A stretch of DNA of 30,694 nucleotides from a virus (IMGVR_UViG_3300012953_000130:1-30694), one strand, 5' to 3'; shown: positions 8,198-17,939, numbered from the stretch's first letter. A program made the numbers and translations. The notes: generated from the letters alone by a model not told the origin.

Positions 8198-11100
8198 ATG
8201 TCTAGCCCCAAGCCTCCATTTGAGGGACCATATGGACCTCCTCTAACACCAAAACCCTCTGATAATAAAGATCTATACAGAGAAGGTGATGATATACCTG
8301 AAGGTGCTACAGATGCTGAGGCAAAGGAATATGAGGTAACCCGGGTTAAGCTAGGAGATTATGTTAGTGCTGTTACCAAGGTAAACCATTACAATCTCGA
8401 AGGTGGTTCCACACCTTCACCTAGCCACAATGATCCTGCCGGTCCTCCTCCAATTGTTGACTCATATAAAAGAGGCGGGTCTCCAAATAATGTTGGAGCA
8501 AAAAAGACATTTATAGATGAAGTTTTACACAGCCCATACAAGGGGACAATACAAGAAAGCGATTTTACCTTAATAGGGGTTAGCGAATACAAATCTAGGG
8601 ACTCAAAACGTGGTGAGGTTAATCCGTTTTATCAAGAAGACGGCCAGGGAAAACTTTATAAAAAAGGTGTTCAAGAATCTAGAGGCGAAGGCCACACACT
8701 TTTATCTCAAGTTGCAGGGCATGGCACTGTATTTAAACAAGTTGGTGAACCTACTAAGGCTATTAAGCCTAACCCCCATCCAGTTAACTCGGCTATATCT
8801 ACAATATTAAAAAATAACCGATTTCACCCAAACATTGGTTCTCCTTATGTTAATGATGGAGCGTTTTCAGTTGCTACTGACGGGGCAATGGGTAGCTTGC
8901 AAGAAAGACTTGGCCGGTATGATCCTGATGGCCAGCAGCTGTTAGTATCTGATCTAATGAAGATTGGTAGGCGAATGATGGTTAGAGGTACCCAGCATGA
9001 TCAAGATGGAGGCGGCGCAGACTTTTTTCCAACAGGTACCCAAATGGGTATGCCTCGAGGGCTAGGAGGAGATTTAAAGGTATCTGTGCTAAGAGCTCCT
9101 AATTTTACTCCTTACACAAAAATGAGCGGAGGGTATATTCTACCTAACTCCGGAGGATCAAGCATAGGTAATAACGTAAGAAACGAAATATCTTCTCAAG
9201 AAACCTATGGACATTTAAATTCGTGGATTGAGAACTTTGTTGGTGTGCTGCCAATGGGCATGATAACTGCCGCAGTCGTTACCGCAGCGCTAATCGCAGT
9301 ACAGGCTTTAGCAATATTCATCTTGTATCTAGGGATATCATTGATTCCTGCTGAAGCCCCAGAAAAGAAAAACCCTTTTGATCCTCGGACACTTCCTATG
9401 GGAAAAGCCCAGTTTTCCCCAAGTTATGATGGGCTTGGAGGTGCAGCCAGAGGTTTCTTTATTAATGCATTTGGTATTCCTCGTCTGGTTGGTAAGGATG
9501 GCACAACAGGCGCATTTGCAGATGTTAGCGGCGCCTTATATTATTTAAAGGCACTGTTTTATGGGATGGGTACCATGTTTGGGCTTTCCGACTGGGACGG
9601 AATTAACTGGCTAGATGTTCCTTTGGCACTAATGTCACCAGGGCAAGCTGGGTATGCTGCAACAATGTTCAGGGTCGCAAATAGAGACCTTGAGGATTAT
9701 GAAATAATTGCGGCTCCTTTAACAGATGCTGAGGCCGGTGTTTCTAGTAAGATTGGCGCCGCTTTAGGATTAATCATGAAGACCGGTGAAATAAAATCAA
9801 TCCGGATGATTAATCTTTTTGCCAAGATTGGTGATATCATGATCCAGGGTGATACTCTAGCATTTAATGGTGTATTTAATAAGGATCCGGATCTTTATCC
9901 TGAAAACGGTTTAACCAGGACATACAAAAGCCGCGTTGGCGGCCCAAAAGGAAAAGCAGATCCTAGAAACTATAACCTATCTTCTGTTCTTCGTGCTAGC
10001 GCACTTCCTTCTGCTTATCTTGTACCTAATTCATATGACACAGCAAGAAAGCAATATGCCCTCCCTGGTTCTGTCGTACCGGCACCACATACAGTTGCAA
10101 GGACAGATGGGTCGGTCCCACGCTTAAGCAGGGCTAAGGTTCAAGAAATAGAAGATAAGCTTGACGCAGAGTTCGTGCCATTTTATTTTCATGACTTAAG
10201 AACAAACGAAATCGTTGCGTTTCATGCATTTTTAGATAGTATATCAGATGACTATAGTCCTGAGTGGAATTCGGTAGGTGGGTTTGGCAGGATGGATCCA
10301 GTCCAGATTTATTCAAAGACCTCAAGGTCTATATCAATTTCATTTTTAGTTGCTGCAACCAACCCTGAAGATCATGACTATATGTGGTGGCAACTTAATA
10401 AGCTGGTAACATTAGTATATCCTCAATGGAGCCCTGGAACGGCAATAACTGATCCAACTTCAAAAAATGGTCATATTATGCCATTTTCCCAAGTCCCTGC
10501 TGCTTCACCTATCATTAGACTAAGAATAGGTGATCTAATTAGATCAAACTACAGTAGGTTTAATTTAGCTAGAATGTTTGGAATCGGCATAGAAGACAAA
10601 GCTGGCGGTTCATTTAATATTACAGGATCACCAGTAGCAGGTAATGCTGCAGAGGCAGCAGAGGTTACTGACACAAAGACGTCTACGGACGTGTGGTCGA
10701 GTGCAGACGAAGATGCTGCAAAGGCAATTAAGGAAAAAAGAGATAACTTTCGAAGGCCTCCTTCGGCAGATGGAAAACTTGGCTTACCTGCGGAAGCATT
10801 TGCAGAGGTTAAAGGTCCGCACATATTACCAACGCCGGATGGTGAAAAAATACAAATTCCTGAGGATACATTAATTAAAATAGTGGAAGCGACCACACCT
10901 GGCGCGATTCCTTTTATTAGCCCTCCTGGTGATAACTTAATATACAAGGCTACGGTAGAGGATGGTTTTTATAAAGGCAAGGAGATTTATATACCACAAG
11001 GAAAATTAGCTCCGCATCCTGGGTGGGAGGCCGGCGAGCTCTTACCAGACGTAGCACCCTTTGATCCTGAGGCAGCCCCAGAAGACCCGACCGAAGGGAC

Positions 11101-11488
11101 TGTTGCCGGGTTCTTTTTACCAGATGCTAACGCGGTAGTTAGAAGCTTTGAGTCAACCGCAGGTCGTGGGCTTGCAGTTGCATGTCAATCTTTTGCTTAT
11201 GATTACTCAGATGCGACGTGGAGAACGCATGTAGAAGGTGCAAAGGCCCCTAAGTTTGTAAAAGTAAGTATGTCGTTTGCTGTAATCCATGATCTTCCGC
11301 CAGGTATTGATTCAGATGGATTTAATAGAGCTCCTATATATCCTGTTGGAAAGATTATTCATAGCTATGTAGGTGCTGATATGCATAACCAGTTTATAAA
11401 GAATCCTAAGCAGCCAAACGTTGAGAAAACTCAATCGCAAAAAGATGCAGAGACAGTTTCTGAGGCGTCAGAAACAAAAGAAGATTAA
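8198..11488 (+). CDS. Large baseplate protein with C-terminal tube-like (tail tube initiator / CIS tube-like) domain
   Basis: Segment PFYFHDLRTNEIVAFHAFLDSISDDYSPEWNSVGGFGRMDPVQIYSKTSRSISISF...LVYPQ...SPIIRLRIGDLI...APKFVKVSMSFAVIHD resembles tube-fold baseplate proteins. Sits between tape measure and LysM/gpX-like gene. Confidence 0.65.
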   Translation: MSSPKPPFEGPYGPPLTPKPSDNKDLYREGDDIPEGATDAEAKEYEVTRVKLGDYVSAVTKVNHYNLEGGSTPSPSHNDPAGPPPIVDSYKRGGSPNNVGAKKTFIDEVLHSPYKGTIQESDFTLIGVSEYKSRDSKRGEVNPFYQEDGQGKLYKKGVQESRGEGHTLLSQVAGHGTVFKQVGEPTKAIKPNPHPVNSAISTILKNNRFHPNIGSPYVNDGAFSVATDGAMGSLQERLGRYDPDGQQLLVSDLMKIGRRMMVRGTQHDQDGGGADFFPTGTQMGMPRGLGGDLKVSVLRAPNFTPYTKMSGGYILPNSGGSSIGNNVRNEISSQETYGHLNSWIENFVGVLPMGMITAAVVTAALIAVQALAIFILYLGISLIPAEAPEKKNPFDPRTLPMGKAQFSPSYDGLGGAARGFFINAFGIPRLVGKDGTTGAFADVSGALYYLKALFYGMGTMFGLSDWDGINWLDVPLALMSPGQAGYAATMFRVANRDLEDYEIIAAPLTDAEAGVSSKIGAALGLIMKTGEIKSIRMINLFAKIGDIMIQGDTLAFNGVFNKDPDLYPENGLTRTYKSRVGGPKGKADPRNYNLSSVLRASALPSAYLVPNSYDTARKQYALPGSVVPAPHTVARTDGSVPRLSRAKVQEIEDKLDAEFVPFYFHDLRTNEIVAFHAFLDSISDDYSPEWNSVGGFGRMDPVQIYSKTSRSISISFLVAATNPEDHDYMWWQLNKLVTLVYPQWSPGTAITDPTSKNGHIMPFSQVPAASPIIRLRIGDLIRSNYSRFNLARMFGIGIEDKAGGSFNITGSPVAGNAAEAAEVTDTKTSTDVWSSADEDAAKAIKEKRDNFRRPPSADGKLGLPAEAFAEVKGPHILPTPDGEKIQIPEDTLIKIVEATTPGAIPFISPPGDNLIYKATVEDGFYKGKEIYIPQGKLAPHPGWEAGELLPDVAPFDPEAAPEDPTEGTVAGFFLPDANAVVRSFESTAGRGLAVACQSFAYDYSDATWRTHVEGAKAPKFVKVSMSFAVIHDLPPGIDSDGFNRAPIYPVGKIIHSYVGADMHNQFIKNPKQPNVEKTQSQKDAETVSEASETKED

Positions 11489-11499
11489 AGGTGTTATAA

Positions 11500-11793
11500 A
11501 TGGCGTTATCTAGATATGGTAGGACTGTAGTAATCGGAGGCTCAAGGCTTGAAACATCCGAAACGCTTAAGGCTTTAAGGGCTGGCATAAGAAATGGCTC
11601 AATTAAAACGACACCATACGTGACCTCCGGAAGCGAAAGGCTTGATATCATTGCTGCAAAAAAATATGGCAACTTTAAGCTTTGGTGGATTATTGCAGCC
11701 GCGAGTGGAATCGGTTGGGCTTTACAAGTTCCTCCAGGTACTAGATTATTAATACCAACGAACTTAACTGAAATTGCAGGCTTTGTAAGATAA
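11500..11793 (+). CDS. LysM/gpX-like baseplate wedge protein
   Basis: SGSERLDIIAAKKYGNFKLWWIIAAASGIGWALQVPPGTRLLIP matches the RLD-IA-YG-LWW-IA...G-L-IP pattern of P2 gpX / T4 gp53-like LysM proteins. Confidence 0.85.
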   Translation: MALSRYGRTVVIGGSRLETSETLKALRAGIRNGSIKTTPYVTSGSERLDIIAAKKYGNFKLWWIIAAASGIGWALQVPPGTRLLIPTNLTEIAGFVR

Positions 11794-14700
11794 TGGACCC
11801 GAAACAACACACTAGTCTACAAACAGTAATTAAAGAGCTTGGTAAATTTTATGGTATACAATCTAAAAGCCAGTTTATCAATACCTTAATTGATCTTAAT
11901 GAAAATGACAAAGAGCTCCAAAAGGCTGGAAAAACCCGAGAACAAATAATTCAAGAATTAAATAAAAGGCCAGATCCTTCTGATTCAATAGGCGACTTTT
12001 TTATTACTGCATCTGAAGGTGCGCATACGACTGAATTTTTAATGGAGAAATTTGAAAAAATATTTGCCGGGGATAAAGCAGCGCTAGTAGACACATATAA
12101 GAACCTAATACAAATTGTATGGGATCCAGCACAGGTTACCGGAGCTAATGCTAAAAAGTTTTTAAAGCCAGTATGCGGATTTGATGGAACCTCAACAGGG
12201 CATAGTTCGGCATATGATTATGAAGATGCCGGTGCCGTCGGCGCACCGGTAGGACCTTACGAGGGCCCTACGGCACCGGCTGTAGCTTTTGCCGGTAATA
12301 TTACCCCGACTATGATTTCTCAACCAATTTATGAAAAGTTTATTGAAACTCATGGTGATCGTTTACCTGCTGATGATGGCCAGCCAGCTTATCCGGCCTA
12401 TGATCAAATAAAGCAACCAAACTCTACTAGCGATCCTGGGAGTGATAACCCTGTGGTTATTAATTTTTTAATAAATGATGAAGATTTATCTCCTGCAACA
12501 AAAGACGTTGGAGCTGTTTCACTTTTTTTAGCTCATATACCATCTTTAGAAATGTCTAGGTGCCAAGTATACTTTGATGTTAATATAATTACCCAAAGAC
12601 CTCCAGTCGAGGGCCCTGATGAAAAAATTAGTACAATGTCATTATCACAATTTTTAGAAGGCCGAAGGGCAACCAAATCGGATACTGACGCACAAAAAAT
12701 AACAACTAGGGCAATTAACTCAACCCTTTTAGCAAATCCTGAATTTGCAACCCCTGATGATAAAAATAAAATTGAAAGCAACGAGCTTCCTAACCTTGCC
12801 TCTTCTGGGATGGAATTATTTACAGCTCCGCAAACGCTGGTAGATGCAGATGAGCTCTGGACGCAACCAGATATGTCAGCCGTTTCTCCTGACGCACCTC
12901 AAGGTGTAGTGATAAAAGATCGTACAGCGCAGGTTATAGATCGTTTTCGGCCACTGGCAACCTTAACAGGCTTTTCAATTAGCGTCACCCCATCTGGTGG
13001 CATGATGACCCATAAAACGGCTGAGATAACTTTAACCCTTCACGATAGATCAAGGATTGCCGAGGTAAGCGAACTTATTCGTCCTGATATGTATGGGAAA
13101 ACATCACTTCTTATTGAATATGGGTGGATGCATCCAGAAGCACTAGATTTATCATCTGATTATTCAACAAATCCTTTTGCGCACCTTATTAATGCTTTTA
13201 GAAATAAAGAAAAATTTAAAGTTAAAAACTCAAGCTTTAGTTTTACCGAAACCGGCGAGGTTGAAATAACTGTTGAGCTATTTACATCAACCGGTATGAT
13301 ATTTGATTCTGTCGATATATCAAAAGGTCCAGGAGTAGGTAATAAGTTAAAAAGATTTCAAGAATTAGCCAACTTGATTAGGCACCTACGACGCAAAGTT
13401 ACTCCACCTAAAGATTCTGGTTCATCAGATGTCACAGGTTTTACATGGCTTGGATCACTTACTAGCCCAGGCGGAATTGCTAATATGGATAAGGATACCA
13501 AAAAAGCGATGAAGGCATGGATGAAGGCTGCCAGAAGACAAGGCGCCGGCGCATCACCATCGACAAAAGAACTTTTATCAGCCATTGATAAAATTCAAGA
13601 TGAATATGCTGACCTTACTGCAACGATTAACCAGGCTTTACAATTAAAAGATGATCATATAAGATCTCCAGCTTCCGGAGATCCTTGGTGGGAACCAATA
13701 CTTCATGATGTAAAAGAAACAAGCAGAGGCAGTAGAAAAGTGTATTCATATCACTGTAATGTAAGGCAACATGTTGCTGATCCTCGCTTTACCACGTCTG
13801 TACTTTGGGATAAGCAAAAAAGAAAAGACTGTGTAGCCAAATACGGGCCAAAAGCCGGAAGGGATAATGCTCTTTTTAAAAGAAAGTTTTCAAAAAAATA
13901 CGTTTCTTTGGGGAAGTTATTGTCTACCTACGTTATAGGTCCACTGGCTGCTGAAGACGCATTTGATGAGATCCAGGTTTTTTACTATACGTTTAACGAA
14001 CATGCTTCTTATATGGCAGATAAAAATATTTCTTCTTTTCCAATTGAGTATGGAAAGTTCAAAGAAGAGCTAGAAAAAATTACGCGTACATCTGCAAATG
14101 TTCCAATTAGAAGATTTTTAGGAATGATCCAGAGTAAGTTTTTATCAAAATCATGGAACCCCGCATACGGCATGAGCTCTTTTTATCAAGCTGATAAAGA
14201 GCAAGGTATGAAACTAAAACAAACCTATGAAAAAAATCCTGCAACACTATCAGATGAAAAAAATGCAGTATTAATCCGAGCCTACAGTACGGACGATGAA
14301 AAACCAACAGGTCGCCAAAAATTTAAAAAGCCTCGCCTGGCTATTTCAACTGAGGTTAAGCCAGCTATGAATCATCAAAAAGGAGGCTTAAGCGCAAATC
14401 AACAAACTATTTTAAAAATTCATATATATGATAAAGCATCGAGCCCTCATACTTCCTTGCAAGACTTACTTAAGGCAGCCAGAAGAGACAGCATGGGTAC
14501 CATTAACACAGTGGCAAGAGACATTGTTAGGACCCCTCAAACGGATGCAACTGTAGAAAAAAGAAATAAGGCTAAAGCGCAGCTTGAAAAAGCGCTTGAA
14601 GACACAGGCATTTTCGCAAAAGTGGACGGAGATCCTAATTCATATAAAATTAAAGGGGGGTTTAACGCAATTAAAAACTTTGTTAAAAGTTCAATGCCTT

Positions 14701-15113
14701 CGATCGTTTATGGTTCTGCAAACTCAGGGGTTATTAGCGCTAGTGTAAGTAGCATGAATGATCCTCAGCTGTCAACTATTCATATGATGCGATCTGGAAA
14801 TAATGAGGCTAGAACCCCCGCACAGCAACTTAATGCCGGATTACCTTTACGTACAATGCCTGTTGAGGTTAGCTTAACAATATTCGGTTGTCCCTTAGTG
14901 GAGTTTGGCCAGCAATTTTTTATCGATTTTGGAACTGGCACTACAATAGACAATGTATATGCGATCACCGGTATTTCTCATTCCTTAACACAGGGTGAGT
15001 TTACCACAGAGCTAACGATGGTACAGCTAGATGCATATGGTGCTTATGAATCAGCGCTTAACTTAATAACCCAAGCTCAACCAACTATTGCGGATGCTGC
15101 AGCTGCAGAATAG
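11793..15113 (+). CDS. Baseplate hub protein (gp27/gpD/VgrG-N-like) with large insertions
   Basis: AEITLTLHD...LLIEYGW early in the protein and C-terminal VSLTIFGCPLVEFGQQFFIDFGTGTTIDNVYAITGISHSLTQGEFTTELT, typical of hub proteins. TAATG overlap with the LysM gene. Confidence 0.7.
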   Translation: MDPKQHTSLQTVIKELGKFYGIQSKSQFINTLIDLNENDKELQKAGKTREQIIQELNKRPDPSDSIGDFFITASEGAHTTEFLMEKFEKIFAGDKAALVDTYKNLIQIVWDPAQVTGANAKKFLKPVCGFDGTSTGHSSAYDYEDAGAVGAPVGPYEGPTAPAVAFAGNITPTMISQPIYEKFIETHGDRLPADDGQPAYPAYDQIKQPNSTSDPGSDNPVVINFLINDEDLSPATKDVGAVSLFLAHIPSLEMSRCQVYFDVNIITQRPPVEGPDEKISTMSLSQFLEGRRATKSDTDAQKITTRAINSTLLANPEFATPDDKNKIESNELPNLASSGMELFTAPQTLVDADELWTQPDMSAVSPDAPQGVVIKDRTAQVIDRFRPLATLTGFSISVTPSGGMMTHKTAEITLTLHDRSRIAEVSELIRPDMYGKTSLLIEYGWMHPEALDLSSDYSTNPFAHLINAFRNKEKFKVKNSSFSFTETGEVEITVELFTSTGMIFDSVDISKGPGVGNKLKRFQELANLIRHLRRKVTPPKDSGSSDVTGFTWLGSLTSPGGIANMDKDTKKAMKAWMKAARRQGAGASPSTKELLSAIDKIQDEYADLTATINQALQLKDDHIRSPASGDPWWEPILHDVKETSRGSRKVYSYHCNVRQHVADPRFTTSVLWDKQKRKDCVAKYGPKAGRDNALFKRKFSKKYVSLGKLLSTYVIGPLAAEDAFDEIQVFYYTFNEHASYMADKNISSFPIEYGKFKEELEKITRTSANVPIRRFLGMIQSKFLSKSWNPAYGMSSFYQADKEQGMKLKQTYEKNPATLSDEKNAVLIRAYSTDDEKPTGRQKFKKPRLAISTEVKPAMNHQKGGLSANQQTILKIHIYDKASSPHTSLQDLLKAARRDSMGTINTVARDIVRTPQTDATVEKRNKAKAQLEKALEDTGIFAKVDGDPNSYKIKGGFNAIKNFVKSSMPSIVYGSANSGVISASVSSMNDPQLSTIHMMRSGNNEARTPAQQLNAGLPLRTMPVEVSLTIFGCPLVEFGQQFFIDFGTGTTIDNVYAITGISHSLTQGEFTTELTMVQLDAYGAYESALNLITQAQPTIADAAAAE

Positions 15114-15125
15114 CGAATTTTTAAA

Positions 15126-15154
15126 TGAACACTTCTGTATATACGCTGTATCTT
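15126..15154 (+). promoter_or_regulatory. Candidate sigma70-like promoter TGAACA-N17-TATCTT (possibly leaderless transcript)
   Basis: The -10 element ends 6 nt before ATG 15161 and no SD is present. Confidence 0.5.
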
Positions 15155-15160
15155 TGATGT

Positions 15161-16378
15161 ATGCAAATATGTGTACACTCTAATGTAATTGGTACCCCTA
15201 AAAACTTGCTATATAATTCTGGTGAGTATACCTGGGTTAATAGTGTCCCAAATAATGCCTGGATTTATGGTGATAGAGCGCCTGTAAAAAGCTTAGATGT
15301 ACTATTCGAATTCTTAGGCCTGGAATTACCCTTGCTTTCTTGTGCTGCACACATGAAGTCTTTTCAAAGCTTGCTAGGTATGAAAATGCATCGAATTCCT
15401 TGGCATGCCGTTTTACCTAAGGAAAAATTTAACCAGTCAATCAAAGACCTTATTTTTAGCCTCGAGAATGGGCTTGAGAGGTCATTAGATGATCAGTACC
15501 ATGGTAACTTTATCTCACAAAGAGAGTTTCTTCTAAACCTATCTCGTGCCTCTATAGACACTGATGCACTGAAGCGCTTCATTAAAAAAGAAAAAAACCA
15601 AACAATATTAAGTACTTTATCATCCTTTAGGCCTAAAACGGATCAGTTGGCTGAAAAGTGTGTATACAACCAATCCGCAACTAGAACCGGCCGACTAACG
15701 GTAAGTTCAGGTCCTCAAGTGCTAATATTACCTAAAAGGCACAAACAAATTATTAAATCAAGATTTTTAGGCGGGGAAATATACCAAGTTGACTTTGTCT
15801 CTTTGGAACCCAGGGTTGCAAGGCTAGCAACCGGCCAACCTGCCGATCATGATGTGTACACTCAATTATCAAAAGATTTATTTTCATCAACCTTGAGCAG
15901 AGAGCAATGTAAAATCGCTGTTCTTTGTGCACTGTATGGCGCTTCGAAATCTAAGTTATCAAAAATGATAGGCAATGATCATGACCCAACAAGCATAATT
16001 AGAAAAATTCAGGACTTTTTTGGTGTCAATGAAATACTAAAAAGTATAAGACCAAACCTTAAAAAGCATGCCAGCTTTCGAAACTATTTTGGTCGCCAAA
16101 TAAACCCAGATAGAAATGATAATTCAGCGTTAGTAAACTACTATATTCAGTCGTCTGCTGTAGATGCTGCCATGATTGGATTTTCTGCTGCTACAAAAAA
16201 AATCAATAAAAAATATCTAAAATGTGTACCTATATTTGTGATTCATGATGCGATATTGTTTGATGTACACCCTGATCACAAAAAAGAATTTTTTAATATT
16301 TTTCATAATGGTATTAATATACCTACCTTAGGCGAGTTTCCTGTAACTATTAGTGCTATAGCTGATGGTGGCGAATAA
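15161..16378 (+). CDS. polA: Family A DNA polymerase-like protein, polymerase domain only
   Basis: TRTGRLT, motif A VDFVSLEPRVA, motif B REQCKIAVLCALYG, RNYFGR, NYYIQSSAVD and motif C IHDAILFDV. Only 405 aa. Confidence 0.85.
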   Translation: MQICVHSNVIGTPKNLLYNSGEYTWVNSVPNNAWIYGDRAPVKSLDVLFEFLGLELPLLSCAAHMKSFQSLLGMKMHRIPWHAVLPKEKFNQSIKDLIFSLENGLERSLDDQYHGNFISQREFLLNLSRASIDTDALKRFIKKEKNQTILSTLSSFRPKTDQLAEKCVYNQSATRTGRLTVSSGPQVLILPKRHKQIIKSRFLGGEIYQVDFVSLEPRVARLATGQPADHDVYTQLSKDLFSSTLSREQCKIAVLCALYGASKSKLSKMIGNDHDPTSIIRKIQDFFGVNEILKSIRPNLKKHASFRNYFGRQINPDRNDNSALVNYYIQSSAVDAAMIGFSAATKKINKKYLKCVPIFVIHDAILFDVHPDHKKEFFNIFHNGINIPTLGEFPVTISAIADGGE

Positions 16379-16398
16379 TTATTAAGTGAGGTGCATAT

Positions 16399-16962
16399 AT
16401 GTCAAATCTACAAACTGAGCTTTTCATTAGAAAGCAAATTCAAAAAATCTTAATTGAAAATCCTGAAAATGACTCCGCTGAGCCGCCAAAAGAAAGTCCT
16501 AAATCTGGAGGAAGAGTATTTGGTTCTGTTGGTCGAGGACGTCTGCCAAAAGAAATTGCAGAGGTATTTGCAGGTGAAGATGGATCAGCAGCGGAGCTAA
16601 AAAGGCTAGCTTCAACTAACCCTACAAAATTAATGAAAAACCTTAAGGTCTCTAGGGGGGTTGGTGACACAACCTTAGAAAGAGCAAAATCATTAATTGA
16701 AAATGCTAGAAATGGCACTGAGGTTTTCGGTCAGGCAATCGGCACTGCTGAGGAAATAGAAAGTGCATCAAAAAGAGTCGGTGCATATTTTCCAAATAAA
16801 GGCCTTCCTAATACTCGGCTTGCTAATCTTTTTATTTTTGATACCCTTCGAGGTGCAGCCACTTCAGGTTATATAAAAATGACTGGCCATCTTCGAGTTG
16901 AAGAGTTTCAAAATGGCGTTTTGGTCTATAATGTGACAAATGCAGGAGATCGTTGGCAATAA
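16399..16962 (+). CDS. Hypothetical protein (187 aa), possibly virion-associated
   Basis: RBS GAGGTG; preceded by ATAATTA motif; N-terminal FIRKQIQKILIE helix. Confidence 0.75.
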   Translation: MSNLQTELFIRKQIQKILIENPENDSAEPPKESPKSGGRVFGSVGRGRLPKEIAEVFAGEDGSAAELKRLASTNPTKLMKNLKVSRGVGDTTLERAKSLIENARNGTEVFGQAIGTAEEIESASKRVGAYFPNKGLPNTRLANLFIFDTLRGAATSGYIKMTGHLRVEEFQNGVLVYNVTNAGDRWQ

Positions 16963-16964
16963 TC

Positions 16965-16993
16965 TTGTAAATGTTTTAGGTATGTGTTATAAT
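16965..16993 (+). promoter_or_regulatory. Sigma70-type promoter with extended -10
   Basis: TTGTAA-N17-TATAAT with TG at the extended -10 position, upstream of GGAGG RBS and ATG 17019. Confidence 0.75.
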
Positions 16994-17018
16994 ATACTTG
17001 AAGCATATGGAGGATAAT

Positions 17019-17612
17019 ATGTCAATTGATGTTGATTTCGAAGAACTACAGGTTAAGTGGGAACAATACGAAGGCCTTCTTAAAAGGTTGTCTGATGATA
17101 ACCTTAATAAGCTATTAAGTGACTTAGGGGAAAGGATTGTAATGTGTCCTGCGTCCTCAAGAACAGATCAGTATAGTTGCTTTCCAGGTGGAATGGTTCA
17201 GCACTCACTGCAAGTAACATCGACAATGAGGTCTTTAGATAAAGCCTTAGAGACAAACCAATCGACAGCTAGTATTATTAAGGTAGGGCTATTGCATGAT
17301 CTTGGTAAGGTTGGAAACCTAGATAAGCGTTACTTTGTTGAGCAAGACTCAAGTTGGCATAGGGAAAAGTTAGGTCAAATGTATAAATACAACGAAGACC
17401 TAAACAAAATGTCTGTTTCTCATAGAACTTTGTGGCTGCTTCAGCACTATGGTGTCTCCCTTACTAATGAGGAATGGTTAGCGATCCAATTGGCATCTGG
17501 TTTTCACTTTGAAGAAAATCGATTTTATGTCGGCCATGAACCTTCTTTAGCTCTTTTATTGCAACAGTCAAAAGCTGCGACAATTCACAAGGAAAAAAAT
17601 AGTGAAGTATGA
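17019..17612 (+). CDS. HD-domain protein (metal-dependent phosphohydrolase fold, possibly degenerate)
   Basis: PAS...FPGGMVQHSL...GLLHDLGKVG. Start moved to ATG 17019, which follows GGAGG. Confidence 0.8.
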   Translation: MSIDVDFEELQVKWEQYEGLLKRLSDDNLNKLLSDLGERIVMCPASSRTDQYSCFPGGMVQHSLQVTSTMRSLDKALETNQSTASIIKVGLLHDLGKVGNLDKRYFVEQDSSWHREKLGQMYKYNEDLNKMSVSHRTLWLLQHYGVSLTNEEWLAIQLASGFHFEENRFYVGHEPSLALLLQQSKAATIHKEKNSEV

Positions 17613-17913
17613 TAAACTAGTAAGAGATAGAATTCCTGAAGTTCTGGATTCTTTAAGCAAGGTTTATGAAATTTCGCATGCAGACAGTAATAGCTTTAAA
17701 CAGTATTTGGCAAAAAAGCTAAATGAAGAAGTAAATGAGTTTATAGAAAATCCTTGCATAGAAGAACTAGCAGATATTCAAGAAGTTGTTTATGGTATAC
17801 TAAAAGCTTATGATTGGGATAATGTAAAGCTGGTAGAAAAGGTTGAGCAAAAAAGAATTCTTAAAGGATCATTCTCAAAAGGAATAATTTTAAAGGAAGT
17901 TATTGAGCCTTAA
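17602..17913 (+). CDS. MazG-like / phosphoribosyl-ATP pyrophosphohydrolase-like NTP pyrophosphohydrolase
   Basis: KLVRDRIPE...KLNEEVNEF...EELADIQEV...KRILKGSF all-alpha NTP-PPase signature. Confidence 0.88.
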   Translation: MKYDKLVRDRIPEVLDSLSKVYEISHADSNSFKQYLAKKLNEEVNEFIENPCIEELADIQEVVYGILKAYDWDNVKLVEKVEQKRILKGSFSKGIILKEVIEP

Positions 17914-17939
17914 AGTGATATTTAATATTGAGGTAAGCT

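Noticed and set aside
1-15113. Bacterial extracellular contractile injection system or tailocin
   Set aside because: Contiguous with phage-type replication genes (gp32-like SSB, gp41-like helicase, RecA, NrdJ, ThyX), and no Afp15-like ATPase or toxin cargo is seen. A phage genome is more parsimonious.
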